Shown here in pieces: positions 18,402-27,600 of a stretch of 64,000 bases of DNA. The notes under the pieces are model-generated. The model had not been told where the DNA came from. It did not search any database and was given only the letters and a program-made list of their open reading frames with translations. The stretch is from positions 34,826 to 98,825 of the forward strand of contig CAZEMI010000266.1 in NCBI GenBank assembly GCA_964513235.1, given 5' to 3'. The DNA comes from an uncultured Acidobacterium sp. (GTDB taxonomy: Bacteria > Acidobacteriota > Vicinamibacteria > Vicinamibacterales > UBA2999). A program made the position numbers and the translations under genes. The number at the start of each line of letters is the position of its first letter. Within the stretch, counting starts at the first letter, position 1.

Positions 18402-19393
18402 TCCCTGGCCGCTGCACCGTCGAAGTGCTGCGCGGCGAGGTCGTTGAATCCAGCCACCGCGTGCATGTGGCGGTGGTGCATGCCGAGGACGGCCTGACGG
18501 CCAGCGCCGGCAACCCCGCGCACCAAAGTTTCGTGCGATCGGCGATCAAGATGTTCCAGGTGCTGCCCTTTGTGGAAGCGGGCGGCGTCGATCACTTCGG
18601 GCTGACCGCCGAAGAACTGGCGCTCTGCGTGGCCTCGCACAGTGGGGAGTCGTTTCATGTCGCCGCGGCGCGGTCGATCCTCGCCAAGGCCAGGATCACG
18701 GAAGCCGCGCTCGCGTGCGGACCGCACCTGCCGCTCCATGAGCCGACGGCACACGCGATGATCGCCGCCGGCGAGAAGCCAGGCAGGATCCACAACAACT
18801 GTTCGGGTAAACATGCCGGCATGCTTGCCTGTTGCATGTGCCAGCAATGGGTGACCAACGGCTATCACAAGCCGACGCACCCGATGCAGCAGCGCGTGCG
18901 CTCGACGCTCGAGCGATGGACGCGCGTGCATGCAGACGAGGTATCGCAGGCGGTGGATGGTTGCGGGCTGCCGACCTTCGCGCTGTCGCTCGACGCCGTC
19001 GCCGAGGGTTGCGCGCGGTTCTCGGCGGCCGCGGCCGAGGGAGTGGCGGCGCCGGCACGCATCGTCGACGCCATGGTCAAGCACCCGGAGTTTGTGGCCG
19101 GCACTCATCGCCTCGACACCGACCTGATGCGGGTGGCCAGGGGGCGCCTCTTTGCCAAGGTCGGCGCGGAAGGTTTTTACTGCGCCGGCGTGCCGTCGAT
19201 GAAGCTGGGCATCGCGCTCAAGGTCGAAGACGGCGCCAGGCGGGGCGCCGAGCCGGCATTGCTCGCCGTGCTCCGTCGCGTCGGGGCGATCGGCGCGCCC
19301 GAGCTCGATCACCTCTCCGACTACATCCGGCCGAATATCCTCAACACGCGCCAGGAAATCGTCGGCTGCATCCGCGTCAGTCTCGACCTGTGA
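18398..19393 (+). CDS. Asparaginase II family protein
   Basis: Blocks RSAIKMFQVLP, ASHSGE..H and NNCSGKHAGMLA. ATGA overlap with the upstream ATPase gene. Confidence 0.75.
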   Translation: MIPGRCTVEVLRGEVVESSHRVHVAVVHAEDGLTASAGNPAHQSFVRSAIKMFQVLPFVEAGGVDHFGLTAEELALCVASHSGESFHVAAARSILAKARITEAALACGPHLPLHEPTAHAMIAAGEKPGRIHNNCSGKHAGMLACCMCQQWVTNGYHKPTHPMQQRVRSTLERWTRVHADEVSQAVDGCGLPTFALSLDAVAEGCARFSAAAAEGVAAPARIVDAMVKHPEFVAGTHRLDTDLMRVARGRLFAKVGAEGFYCAGVPSMKLGIALKVEDGARRGAEPALLAVLRRVGAIGAPELDHLSDYIRPNILNTRQEIVGCIRVSLDL

Positions 19394-19414
19394 ATCACAA
19401 ATCAGATCACCAGC

Positions 19415-19446
19415 TCAACAGGTCAACAGATCAACAGATCAACAGA
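19415..19446. repeat. 4 x octamer TCAACAG(G/A)
   Basis: Lies between the asparaginase stop (19393) and the BACON-lipoprotein start. Confidence 0.85.
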
Positions 19447-19493
19447 TTCCACTCCAGCTTGTGATCGTCCGCGAGGGCAATTACGCTCGATCC

Positions 19494-20159
19494 ATGAGCC
19501 GAGGTTTGCCGATCGCGCTCGTCGCCGTGATGCTCGGTGCGTCCTGTTCGGCCTCGAAGTCACCAGCGTCTCCGAGCCCACAGCCAACGGCGTGCACGTA
19601 CGCGGTGTCGACGATGTCGCTCAGCATCGCGGGCACGGGCGCGAGCGCGTCGGTCGGCGTCACCACCAACGCCGGCTGCGGCTGGACCGCAGCGTCCAAT
19701 GCCGCGTTTGTGACGATCACGTCCGGTTCCGCCGGCACGGGGAATGGAACGGTGGGGTTGTCGATTGCCGAAAACACCGGCGACGCGCGCACGGCAACGC
19801 TGACGGTGGCCGGGCAGTCCGTAACGATCACGCAAGCCGCGAGCGACCCGTTGTTCGGCAGCTGGAGCGGCTCGATCGCAAAGGGCGCCGGATGTCCGGC
19901 CGCGCTTCCGGCCAGTGCGGGTTGGGTTGGGACCATTCGCCGCAATTCGATCGGGCAAGCCGAGCTCGTCATTACGGCGGCGACGGTTGGGGTGGTCAAC
20001 CAGACGCTGCCGCTGATCGTGAGCGGCAACACCATCCAGTTCGCCGTGCAGATCGATGCGGTTTACACCTTCGTCGCGACGTTAGCGGCGGACCGACGAT
20101 CTTTTACCGGCACATTCTCCGGCGGCGGTTGCAGCGGAACTTGGAACGGCACGCGATAG
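19494..20159 (+). CDS. Lipoprotein with BACON-like all-beta domain
   Basis: The ATG at 19494 gives MSRGLPIALVAVMLGASCS. CTYAVS...GCGWTAASNAAFVTITSGSAGTGNGTVGLSIAENTGDARTATLTVAGQSVTITQ fits the BACON-type pattern. Confidence 0.55.
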   Translation: MSRGLPIALVAVMLGASCSASKSPASPSPQPTACTYAVSTMSLSIAGTGASASVGVTTNAGCGWTAASNAAFVTITSGSAGTGNGTVGLSIAENTGDARTATLTVAGQSVTITQAASDPLFGSWSGSIAKGAGCPAALPASAGWVGTIRRNSIGQAELVITAATVGVVNQTLPLIVSGNTIQFAVQIDAVYTFVATLAADRRSFTGTFSGGGCSGTWNGTR

Positions 20160-20188
20160 GCGAATTGCCGTGATACACAAGCGGTAAC

Positions 20189-20869
20189 GTGCGCGCTATC
20201 GTCATTATCTCTCTGGTCGGTCTTCTCGCGTCGGCGGCGTGCAGCTCTCCAACCGAGCCGGACTCGCGCACAGGTTACATGGCGCTGCGGGTGGCGTGCA
20301 TCGACGGCGCCAGTCCGTTGATTTGCGTCTCGCAGACCTACTGCGCCGGCTCGTATCGCTGCCCTGATCCCGCCGGTGACAAGGCAGACGTGACCGGTCG
20401 TTCTGAGTGGATGGTCGAGCACCCGCACATCGTCCGGCAGGAATCACAACCGAATTGGTTCGTGGCGGAAGCGCCGGGCGACACCGTTGTGAGGGTGCGC
20501 GACCCTGTCATTCAGCAAGAGGCCGCGGTTCGCCTCAGCGTGTTCCCCGGTACGCCGCCGCTGCAAACGAGTGAAGTGTGGGGGCGCGTCACCGAGGCCG
20601 GCACCTCCACGGGGATTTCTGGAGCGGTGCTCGAAATCACCAATGGCCTGGTCGCCGGCCGCACGGCCGTGAGTGGAACCGCACCGGCGCTGTTGCCAGG
20701 TTATGTTTTCCTGCTTGGCGGAACGAACGGATTTCAATTTTTCGGGATTCCGCGAGGCACGTACGAACTGACGATTCGTGCGGCTGGTTACGTCCCTCAG
20801 ACGCGCACCATCACAGTCGAGCCCCCAGGCGGCCCGTCAGCCTCCTTCGAACTCGTTCGGCAGCAATAG
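20189..20869 (+). CDS. Lipoprotein with carboxypeptidase-regulatory-like domain
   Basis: Signal plus lipobox-like LLASAACSS. The C-terminal GRVTE..GISGAVLEI...GTYELTIRAAGYVPQTRTITV resembles CarboxypepD_reg-like folds. Confidence 0.5.
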   Translation: MRAIVIISLVGLLASAACSSPTEPDSRTGYMALRVACIDGASPLICVSQTYCAGSYRCPDPAGDKADVTGRSEWMVEHPHIVRQESQPNWFVAEAPGDTVVRVRDPVIQQEAAVRLSVFPGTPPLQTSEVWGRVTEAGTSTGISGAVLEITNGLVAGRTAVSGTAPALLPGYVFLLGGTNGFQFFGIPRGTYELTIRAAGYVPQTRTITVEPPGGPSASFELVRQQ

Positions 20870-20899
20870 GTAGATACCCCCCGGCGAGAAGTGCCGAGA

Positions 20900-20986
20900 T
20901 GGTGCCGGAGGAGGGGGTCGAACCCACACACAGTTGCCTGTACGGGATTTTGAGTCCCGCGCGTCTGCCAGTTCCGCCACTCCGGC
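20900..20986 (-). tRNA. tRNA-Leu (anticodon CAA), class II with long variable arm, CCA encoded
   Basis: The reverse complement folds by hand. Acceptor GCCGGAG/CUCCGGC, anticodon stem CGGGA/UCCCG with loop CUCAAAA, variable arm ACAG-GCAA-CUGU, T-loop UUCGACC, and a 3' ACCA. There is one U-U mismatch in the T stem. Confidence 0.85.
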
Positions 20987-21022
20987 CGGAACCATCAATT
21001 ATAGCGCGACCGGATCAGACGG

Positions 21023-21301
21023 CTAGACGATACGTCGCGCCAGTTTTTTCTGCTTGGGCGCCGCGGGCTCCGACGCCTTCACTCGGGTGGACTTCTTCGT
21101 CGTCGTCGGGGGTTTGCTGGCCTTGAATTCGTCGTCGGTCGCCGCCTGGAGATGCTCGTCGGCGATGACGGTTTTCAGCTTCTTCAATCCGCCGGCGGTG
21201 AAGTCGATCTGGAGATACTCTTCGCTGCGCAGCAGCACGCGCCCGACGCCCCAATCGGGGCGAAGTCGGTGGCGAACAATAGCTTTCTCTTTGAATGGCA
21301 T
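21023..21301 (-). CDS. Small DUF3553-like protein with Lys/Thr-rich basic tail
   Basis: The ATG at 21301 gives MPFKEKAIVRHRLRPDWGVGRVL..., an HP.WG.G.V-like core. The tail is KASKPPTTTKKSTRVKASEPAAPKQKKLARR. Confidence 0.45.
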   Translation of the reverse strand: MPFKEKAIVRHRLRPDWGVGRVLLRSEEYLQIDFTAGGLKKLKTVIADEHLQAATDDEFKASKPPTTTKKSTRVKASEPAAPKQKKLARRIV

Positions 21302-21422
21302 CGGCTTGCTGATGATACTCGCGAAAAGGGGGGCGAGGGCCGTGTTTCTTCCGCGATGCCGTTTCCCGTGCAGCCGCGCCTTGACCGGAGGCGGCCGCGT
21401 CACCGATGCGGTGCCTGGCCTA

Positions 21423-21452
21423 TGGTAAGATTCTTACCAGTAAGAGTCTTAC
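21423..21452 (+). promoter_or_regulatory. Two adjacent palindromes, putative VapB operator
   Basis: TGGTAAGA-T-TCTTACCA (21423-21439, perfect) is followed by GTAAGA-G-TCTTAC (21440-21452). The second ends 1 nt before the vapB ATG. Confidence 0.55.
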
Positions 21453-21453
21453 C

Positions 21454-21702
21454 ATGAAAATCACCAGCAAGGGCCAGGTCACGATCCCTCAGGAGATCCG
21501 GGAGAAACATGGTCTCCTCCCGAACACCGAAGTCGACTTCGTCGTCGAGCGCGGCCGCGTCTTTCTCAAGCCCAAGAAGGGCCGGCAGAGTCGGGTCGAT
21601 CGCATGATGGAGCACTTCCGCAACGCGCCCAAGATGCGGATGAGCAGCAAGGAACTCCTCGCCGTCCTCCGCGACGAACCCGATGAGCTCGACACTGATT
21701 GA
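21454..21702 (+). CDS. vapB: AbrB/SpoVT-family antitoxin (VapB-like)
   Basis: MKITSKGQVTIPQEIREKHGL is a swapped-hairpin motif. Two palindromes lie immediately upstream, and the gene overlaps the PIN gene by 20 bp. Confidence 0.8.
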   Translation: MKITSKGQVTIPQEIREKHGLLPNTEVDFVVERGRVFLKPKKGRQSRVDRMMEHFRNAPKMRMSSKELLAVLRDEPDELDTD

Positions 21703-22087
21703 TTCGAACGTCTGGATCGACCTGTTCGACGAAGAATCCGATTGGCGTAGGTGGTCGGATGCCATGGTCACCGACGCGCTGCGGCGGGGCCCGCTGATCA
21801 TCAATCCCTTGATTTACGCCGAGGTGTCGGCCGGCTACGACACCTACGAGGAGGTTGCTGCTCTGTTTTCTGAGTCATATGTGACGAAGGAGCCACTGCC
21901 GTGGGAAGCCGCGTTCCTCGCCGGGCGAGCCTTCTGGCTGTATCGTCAACGCGGTGGCACCCGCACGTCGCCGCTGCCCGATTTCTACATCGGCGCTCAC
22001 GCCGCCGTCGCTGGCCACACGCTCTTGACCCGCGACCCGCGGCGCTACCGCCACTACTTCCCCAAACTCCGCATCGTCGCGCCGTAA
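21683..22087 (+). CDS. vapC: PIN-domain ribonuclease toxin VapC
   Basis: N-terminal LIDSNVWIDLF with a conserved Asp. The size (134 aa) and the pairing with the AbrB-type antitoxin fit VapC. Confidence 0.8.
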   Translation: MSSTLIDSNVWIDLFDEESDWRRWSDAMVTDALRRGPLIINPLIYAEVSAGYDTYEEVAALFSESYVTKEPLPWEAAFLAGRAFWLYRQRGGTRTSPLPDFYIGAHAAVAGHTLLTRDPRRYRHYFPKLRIVAP

Positions 22088-22089
22088 TC

Positions 22090-22124
22090 GGCACTGCTTG
22101 CCGGGGAAGGCACTGCTTGCCGGG
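22090..22124. repeat. 2 x direct repeat GGCACTGCTTGCCGGG (19-bp period)
   Basis: Lies between the vapC stop and the convergent ADOP-1 stop. Confidence 0.85.
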
Positions 22125-22158
22125 AATGACGGGTCCCGCGTCAAGAATTGCTTCCCCT

Positions 22159-24765
22159 TCATTCCGCACGTAAGGCGATCACCGGATCGACCACCGCCGC
22201 CTTCAGCGCCGGGGCGCTGCAAGCCACAAACGCCACGGCGGTGAGCAGCAGCGTCGATACCACGAACGTGGGCACGTCGGTGGCCTCGACGCCGTAGAGC
22301 AGTCCGGCGATCAGCCGCGTGGCCGCCGCCGCGGCGACCAGACCGATGACGATGCCGGCGATCACGCTGGCCATGCCCTGCCCCACGATCATCCTCACCA
22401 CGCGCGAGCGCTGGGCGCCGAGCGCCATGCGAATGCCGATCTCATGCGTGCGCTCGGACACCGCATATGCCACCACGCTATACACGCCCAGCACCGCGAC
22501 CACCAGCGCGACCAGGGCAAACGTCCCCAGCAGCAGGAGATTGAAGCGGCGCGGCGCGATCGACTCGGCGAGCCCCTGCTCCATCGTCTTGATCGAATGA
22601 AACGACTGGGTCGGATCGATCGTCGACAGCGCTTTTCTGATCCCCGGCGCGGCCGCAGTTGGGTCGCCGTCGAGACGCATCGCCAGCGTGACGCCGAACA
22701 CCGGAGTGGCAGCGTAATGAAACAACAACTCGGGTTTGGGGTCGACATCGATGTCCGCGTACTTCAGGTCGGCGACCACGCCGACGACGGTGCCATAACC
22801 GTCTCTGCCCACCCACGGCATGCGGATGCGCGCGCCGATCGGGCTCGTGCCCGCAAAGTCACGGCGCGCCAGGGTTTCATTGATCAGCAGCGCGACACCT
22901 GTCTCGACCTCCTCGAGCCAACGGCCGCTGACCAGCGTCATCCCCAGCAGGCGGGGGAAGTCCGCCGAGATCTTGCTGACCAGCGCGGCGCGGGCTGCCC
23001 TCTGCTCCGGCGGCGGCATCGATTCTCCCTCTTTCATCACCAGCATGGTCGAGTCGCGCCCCGACGTGATGGCGGCCTCGCGGACGCCAGGAAGAGTCTT
23101 GGCCTTCTCGAGTACCGCCGTGGCGTAAGCCAGGCGCGCGGACTCCTGCCGATACAGCGGTCCTCGAAATTCCACTTGCATGGTCAGGATGCGATCGGGC
23201 GTGAAGCTGTGCGGATACGTCGTGATGCGCCAGACGCTCTTGAACATCAGTCCCGCGCCCACCAACAACACGATCGTCAGCGCCACTTGCAACGCCACCA
23301 TCGCCCGGCCTGTGATCAACACACGCCGCGAGGCAGAGGCGCTGCGGCCGCCCTCCTTCAGCACTTCCTGGACATTCGTGAAGCACAAGGCGATGGCCGG
23401 CCCGACGCCGAACAGCAATGCGGTCGCGAGGGAAATGGCCATCGCCACGGCCATCACGCCGACATCGAGCGTCGTCTCCGTCAATCGCATCACGGCCGGC
23501 CCCATCAGCGCGATCACGGTATTGACGAGCCAGTACGCCAGCACGATGCCGCCTGCGCCGCCAAGCAGCGCGTACGCCAGGCTCTCCGCAAGCAGCAGCC
23601 GGACCACCCGCAGCGGCCCGCTGCCCACCGACATGCGCAGCGCGATCTCCTTTCTTCGCTCGGCCGACCGCGACAGCAACAGGCTCGCGACGTTGGCGCA
23701 CGTAATCAACAGCACGACGATGGCCGCCGCGAGCAGGATGCCGAGCGCCCGGCGGGACGGCGCGACCAGCCGGTCGCGCAGCGGCGTCACGATCGCCGCC
23801 GAGTTTCCAAACCCGGTGGGACGTTCACGCAGAGCGCGGGCATGGATCACTTCAATCTCGGCGCGCGCGTCCTCGATGGTGACGCCCGGCTTCAACTCGG
23901 CAATGGCCCGGTAGACACGAATCTGCGTTTGCGGACCGATCTCGGTTGGCGGCGGCTGCACGATCATCACGCGATACGCCGCGGCATCCACGCGCTCGAG
24001 TTCCGGCCTGAACCCCTGCGGGAGTAGCTGCGGACCAAAGTCCTCGGGCAGCACGGCGCCGATCGTCATCTGCCGGCCGTCGATAGCAACGGCCCGGCCA
24101 ATGACCTGCGGATCGCCCTGAAACCGTTCGCGGAACGTGGCGTGAGTCAGGACGAGCATCTCGGTCTCGTTCGCCGATGGCAGTGCGCCGAGCAACGGTT
24201 GCGCGCCCGTGACCTGCCAGAACCCCTCCGACGCCGACACAATCCTGATGCGATTCGCGTCTCCGCCGGCAACCAGCGTCGTATCCGAGTAGTCATACGC
24301 GATCACATGCGAGAGCGAGGTGGCCTGCGTTTGCCACGTGGCGAAGTCGATGGAGTTCATGAACTCCCCGCTCGACCGCAGTGGGCGCGTGGTCAACCAC
24401 ACCATCCGATCCGGATTGGCGTAGGCAAGCGGCCGGATGAGAACGGCCTGGACCACGCTATAGATTGCCGTGGTCAGGCCGATGCCCAACGCCAGCGTGA
24501 CGATGATGGCGAATGAGAACGCCGGCTTGCGGCGCACCGAGCGGGCCGCGTCGCGGGCGTCCTGCCGTAGCTGATCCATCCAGCCCGGCACCCACACTTC
24601 GCGCACGTCCTCCTTCATGCGGGTGATGTTCCCGAACTTCCGAATCGCGGCGCGGCGGGCATCCTCCCGCGATATGCCGCGCGCGATGTTGTCCTCGGTT
24701 TCGGCGTCGATGTGGTCGCGCATCTCTTGATCGAGGCCGTCCAGGTCGGGCCGTTGAGAACTCAT
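22159..24765 (-). CDS. ADOP family duplicated permease (MacB/FtsX-like ABC permease)
   Basis: The ATG at 24765 forms an ATGA overlap with PadR. Two FtsX-type 4-TM modules each follow a MacB-like periplasmic domain. The N-terminal [23 protein letters not shown] is typical of ADOP proteins. Confidence 0.8.
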   Translation of the reverse strand: MSSQRPDLDGLDQEMRDHIDAETEDNIARGISREDARRAAIRKFGNITRMKEDVREVWVPGWMDQLRQDARDAARSVRRKPAFSFAIIVTLALGIGLTTAIYSVVQAVLIRPLAYANPDRMVWLTTRPLRSSGEFMNSIDFATWQTQATSLSHVIAYDYSDTTLVAGGDANRIRIVSASEGFWQVTGAQPLLGALPSANETEMLVLTHATFRERFQGDPQVIGRAVAIDGRQMTIGAVLPEDFGPQLLPQGFRPELERVDAAAYRVMIVQPPPTEIGPQTQIRVYRAIAELKPGVTIEDARAEIEVIHARALRERPTGFGNSAAIVTPLRDRLVAPSRRALGILLAAAIVVLLITCANVASLLLSRSAERRKEIALRMSVGSGPLRVVRLLLAESLAYALLGGAGGIVLAYWLVNTVIALMGPAVMRLTETTLDVGVMAVAMAISLATALLFGVGPAIALCFTNVQEVLKEGGRSASASRRVLITGRAMVALQVALTIVLLVGAGLMFKSVWRITTYPHSFTPDRILTMQVEFRGPLYRQESARLAYATAVLEKAKTLPGVREAAITSGRDSTMLVMKEGESMPPPEQRAARAALVSKISADFPRLLGMTLVSGRWLEEVETGVALLINETLARRDFAGTSPIGARIRMPWVGRDGYGTVVGVVADLKYADIDVDPKPELLFHYAATPVFGVTLAMRLDGDPTAAAPGIRKALSTIDPTQSFHSIKTMEQGLAESIAPRRFNLLLLGTFALVALVVAVLGVYSVVAYAVSERTHEIGIRMALGAQRSRVVRMIVGQGMASVIAGIVIGLVAAAAATRLIAGLLYGVEATDVPTFVVSTLLLTAVAFVACSAPALKAAVVDPVIALRAE

Positions 24766-25112
24766 GACGTCTTCTCGCGGGTATGGAGGATCCGGGCGAT
24801 CGCGCCGGCCAGCTTGTCCCACTTGGTGGTTTCCACCGATAACTGCTTCTTGCCTTGCGGGGTCAGGCGGTAGAACTTGGCGCGCCGGTTGTTCTCCGAC
24901 GTGCCGTCTTCGGCCGCGATCCAGCCACGCTTGATCAGGCGATGTAACGCCGGGTACAGCGACCCCTGCTCCACTTGCAGCACGTCATCCGACGTCCGCT
25001 CGATGGCCTTGGCGATCGAATGGCCATGGGCGGGGCCCGGCTGAAGCGTGCGCAGGATCAGGAGATCGAGGGTTCCCTGCAACAGCTCGATGCGATCGTC
25101 TTTAGTAGACAT
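24762..25112 (-). CDS. PadR family transcriptional regulator
   Basis: [29 protein letters not shown]....[16 protein letters not shown] is a winged-helix signature. Confidence 0.9.
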   Translation of the reverse strand: MSTKDDRIELLQGTLDLLILRTLQPGPAHGHSIAKAIERTSDDVLQVEQGSLYPALHRLIKRGWIAAEDGTSENNRRAKFYRLTPQGKKQLSVETTKWDKLAGAIARILHTREKTS

Positions 25113-25115
25113 TCC

Positions 25116-25139
25116 AGGTGAAGCTACCGCCGCTCACCT
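25116..25139. promoter_or_regulatory. Inverted repeat AGGTGA-N12-TCACCT upstream of PadR, candidate operator
   Basis: Perfect 6-bp arms lie 4 nt upstream of the PadR start, with a third AGGTGA copy at 25149-25154. This is in the divergent region shared with the Big_2 lipoprotein gene. Confidence 0.35.
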
Positions 25140-25203
25140 AGAATGTCAAGGTGAGACAGCCGTCCTGCCGTCCCCGGCACGTTTTGTGAAAGCGCCATCC
25201 CTG

Positions 25204-26019
25204 ATGCCCGTACTGTCGAGATTCGCCGGGGCGATTCTGGGTGCCGCGATGCTCGTTAGTTGCACGCGCGGCGTGGTCGAGGAGTCGTCCAACCCCGTGG
25301 CGCCGACGCCCGCCGCGACCGTGACCAAGCTCACCATCACCCCTGTCGGCGGTGGCACGATGATGATCGGCGGGTCGGCCACGATCGTCTCCAGTGGCGC
25401 GTTACCGGCCAACGGCCTGGCGCTGGGCGCCTTCGCGGAATTCAGCAACGGCACGGGCCGCTATGTGGAAGCCACCTGGACCAGCAGCAATGCCGGTATC
25501 GTGTCGGTGGACAACGGCACGCTCACCGCCATGGGTGTCGGCACCGCCATCATCACGGCGACCCTTCAGGGCCGGTCTGATGACGAGCAGTTCGAGGTCA
25601 TCGGCGGCATCACCGGACGCTGGGCGGGGACGTATATCGTCGAACAGTGCGGCGGCAATTCGGGGTCGATCAGCGAGGTGCTCTGCACCCCGCCGAACAC
25701 CGGACGCCAGGCCGGCATCGCGCATGTCGGCGCCACACTGCCCATTTCGATGGAGCTCAGCGTCAGCGGCACCGACGTCACCGGCGTCGTTTCCTTTGGC
25801 AACATCCGCGGCACGCTCACCGGCAAGGACCGGGGCGCGGGCTTTTTCTACCTGCAGGGCGTGATCGAAGGCGCCGCCGGCACGATTAACATCACGCACT
25901 GGGACGCGCGGGTACAGCGCGACGACATGCAGGGATTCATCAACTACCAGGTGCGCATCGCCACCCTGCCGGGCTTTGGCGGCGTGGCCACTCGTCTCGT
26001 GAACATAGCGCGGCGCTAG
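25204..26019 (+). CDS. Lipoprotein with bacterial Ig-like (Big_2) domain
   Basis: The ATG at 25204 gives MPVLSRFAGAILGAAMLVSC. LTITPVGGG...ATWTSSNAGIVSVDNGTLTAMGVGTAIITATLQG fits the Big_2 pattern. Confidence 0.5.
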   Translation: MPVLSRFAGAILGAAMLVSCTRGVVEESSNPVAPTPAATVTKLTITPVGGGTMMIGGSATIVSSGALPANGLALGAFAEFSNGTGRYVEATWTSSNAGIVSVDNGTLTAMGVGTAIITATLQGRSDDEQFEVIGGITGRWAGTYIVEQCGGNSGSISEVLCTPPNTGRQAGIAHVGATLPISMELSVSGTDVTGVVSFGNIRGTLTGKDRGAGFFYLQGVIEGAAGTINITHWDARVQRDDMQGFINYQVRIATLPGFGGVATRLVNIARR

Positions 26020-26032
26020 GAAGCGTGTCCGG

Positions 26033-26068
26033 GTAATCGGTGTCGAATCGGTGTGAATCGGTGGCCTA
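26033..26068. repeat. AATCGGTG word family copy
   Basis: GTAATCGGTGTCGAATCGGTGTGAATCGGTGGCCTA, in the same orientation and with the same GGTGGCCTA end as the other two loci. Confidence 0.85.
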
Positions 26069-26167
26069 CCTGGCCCCGCCGACTTGTCCGCCGAAGCGCG
26101 AAGGTGGAAGCTCACGAGCGACGGCGGGCTTGCGCGCCGAAGCTCCCGAGCGAAGGCGGGCGATAAC

Positions 26168-26746
26168 TCAGGCCATTCCCCAGCGGCGCAGCAAACGTAC
26201 CACCTTCGCGCGAAACCGATCGTCGCGCCACTCGTGCTCTGCATCGCGCTTGTCGGCCTGCTGTTCGACGTTCGAGATCTGACCGAACATCAACAGCCGC
26301 GTCGCCTCGAGCAGGCCGTCGGCGCCAAACGGCTTTTCGATGAACGACTCGGCGGCGCCGAGCTCGTTGACGCCGGTGAAGAGCGTATCCGCGAAGCCCG
26401 TCACGTACAACACCCGCACGTGCGGATTCAACTTGCGCACCGCCGCGGCGAGCTCGCGGCCGTTCATGCCGGGCATCTTCAAATCCGTGACGAGCAGGTC
26501 CACGCCGGCAAACCCCGGCTGCTGGATGACGCGCACCGCCGCCTCGCCGGATTCGGCCGCGGCAATCTCGTAATTGTCGGTGGCCAGAATGCGGGTCACC
26601 AGCTTGAGGACCGGCACCTCATCGTCAACGACGAGCAGGCGCTTGCGGTCGGCCAGCGGCGGACGATCGAGCGGCGCTCCCGCTGCCGTTCGATCGGAGC
26701 GATGGATGATCGGGACGTTGGGAAGCGGCGCGTCTGACTTCGACAA
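26168..26746 (-). CDS. Stand-alone response regulator (CheY-like receiver)
   Basis: LLVVDDE...VDLLVTDLKMPGMNG...VLYVTG with no recognisable output domain. The C-terminal ~35 aa run into a repeat element. Confidence 0.8.
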   Translation of the reverse strand: MSKSDAPLPNVPIIHRSDRTAAGAPLDRPPLADRKRLLVVDDEVPVLKLVTRILATDNYEIAAAESGEAAVRVIQQPGFAGVDLLVTDLKMPGMNGRELAAAVRKLNPHVRVLYVTGFADTLFTGVNELGAAESFIEKPFGADGLLEATRLLMFGQISNVEQQADKRDAEHEWRDDRFRAKVVRLLRRWGMA

Positions 26747-26788
26747 TCAGCGGCCATTCTATAGTTACGCCCGCTGATGAGGAAATGT

Positions 26789-26910
26789 GTTCCAGGGGTT
26801 CCAGGGGTTCCAAGGGTTCCAATAGTTCCAAGGGTTAGGTTCGCAAGGGTTCCAGGTTCGGAATCGAACCCCGCCGTGGAACCCCTGGAACCCCTTGGAA
26901 CCTCTGGAAC
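26789..26910. repeat. Palindromic array of 9-mers GTTCCA(G/A)GG and inverted GGAACC copies
   Basis: About 5 direct units (26789-26850) face about 4 inverted units (26877-26910). The array abuts the glycine-zipper gene stop and could form a long imperfect hairpin. Confidence 0.9.
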
Positions 26911-27509
26911 TATCGCTTCCTTGATTCGTAGATCGTCGCCGCGCCGCCGCCAACCGCCGCGCCGATGAGCGCGCCCTTCTTGCCGCCGATGAGGCCGCCG
27001 ATGCCCGCGCCGGCGCCCGTGCTGCCGCCGATGATCATCGCGGTCTTGCCCCACGAGCGATCCGAGTCACGCCGCACCGTTTCGCGCGACTGCGTCGACG
27101 CGCGCCGGACCGGCGCGCTCTGCGTGGTGCGCACCACCGGCCGGGTGACCATGTCGTCGCGGTAGACCGGCTGAGCGGAGACCGGTTGCGCGTAGCCGGG
27201 CGGCGCGTAGTAGGCCGGCGCCGCATTCGCGCGCGTGATGCACGTCATGGCGGAGACTTCGCGGCCCTCGACCAAGGCGCGCTGCCACACGGCCTCTTCA
27301 TGCGGCTGGCACTGCAGCACCGGTGCAACGTTGCCGAATGAGGTATTCATCGAGGCCGTGTTCGCCACCGGCATCGCGTATGCCGACTGCGGCTCCATGC
27401 CAAACGCCGGGGCCGGGGAAGGCCGCATCGCCGCGGCGGCGCCAAGCGCCACCACTCCCGCCACCAAACCACCAATTGCCGATCCCAACACCGTGTTCAA
27501 CATGATCAA
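26910..27509 (-). CDS. Secreted glycine-zipper protein (hypothetical)
   Basis: Hydrophobic N-terminus, a C-terminal GGSTGAGAGIGGLIGGKKGALIGAAVGGGAATIY, and AAGGAG 7 nt upstream of the ATG. Confidence 0.5.
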   Translation of the reverse strand: MIMLNTVLGSAIGGLVAGVVALGAAAAMRPSPAPAFGMEPQSAYAMPVANTASMNTSFGNVAPVLQCQPHEEAVWQRALVEGREVSAMTCITRANAAPAYYAPPGYAQPVSAQPVYRDDMVTRPVVRTTQSAPVRRASTQSRETVRRDSDRSWGKTAMIIGGSTGAGAGIGGLIGGKKGALIGAAVGGGAATIYESRKR

Positions 27510-27561
27510 ACTCCTTTGCTGACCGAATAGTCATCAAGGGATGTGCCAGCGTTTTGGAGGT

Positions 27562-27600
27562 GAAAACGCACTGATTCGGAGACGAATCAGCGGTGTTTTC
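27562..27600. other. Long extended hairpin in a gene-free ~310-bp region
   Basis: Inner perfect 8-bp stem CTGATTCG-GAGA-CGAATCAG, extended by the outer pairing GAAAAC/GTTTTC. On the minus strand it lies about 50 nt upstream of the glycine-zipper gene start. Confidence 0.4.

Noticed and set aside
20987-22158. Genomic island or integrative element at tRNA-Leu
   Set aside because: There is no integrase or recombinase gene. I found no direct repeat of the tRNA 3' end downstream. Only a small basic protein and a VapBC module lie here.
26040-26282. 80-aa ORF beginning MSNRCESVAY, near-identical to the N-terminus of the thioesterase ORF (MSNRCQSVAY)
   Set aside because: The shared residues are the translation of the AATCGGTG repeat element. 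The remainder (PPKREGGSS...AKAG) is the footprint of another GC-rich repeat and overlaps the response-regulator gene tail.
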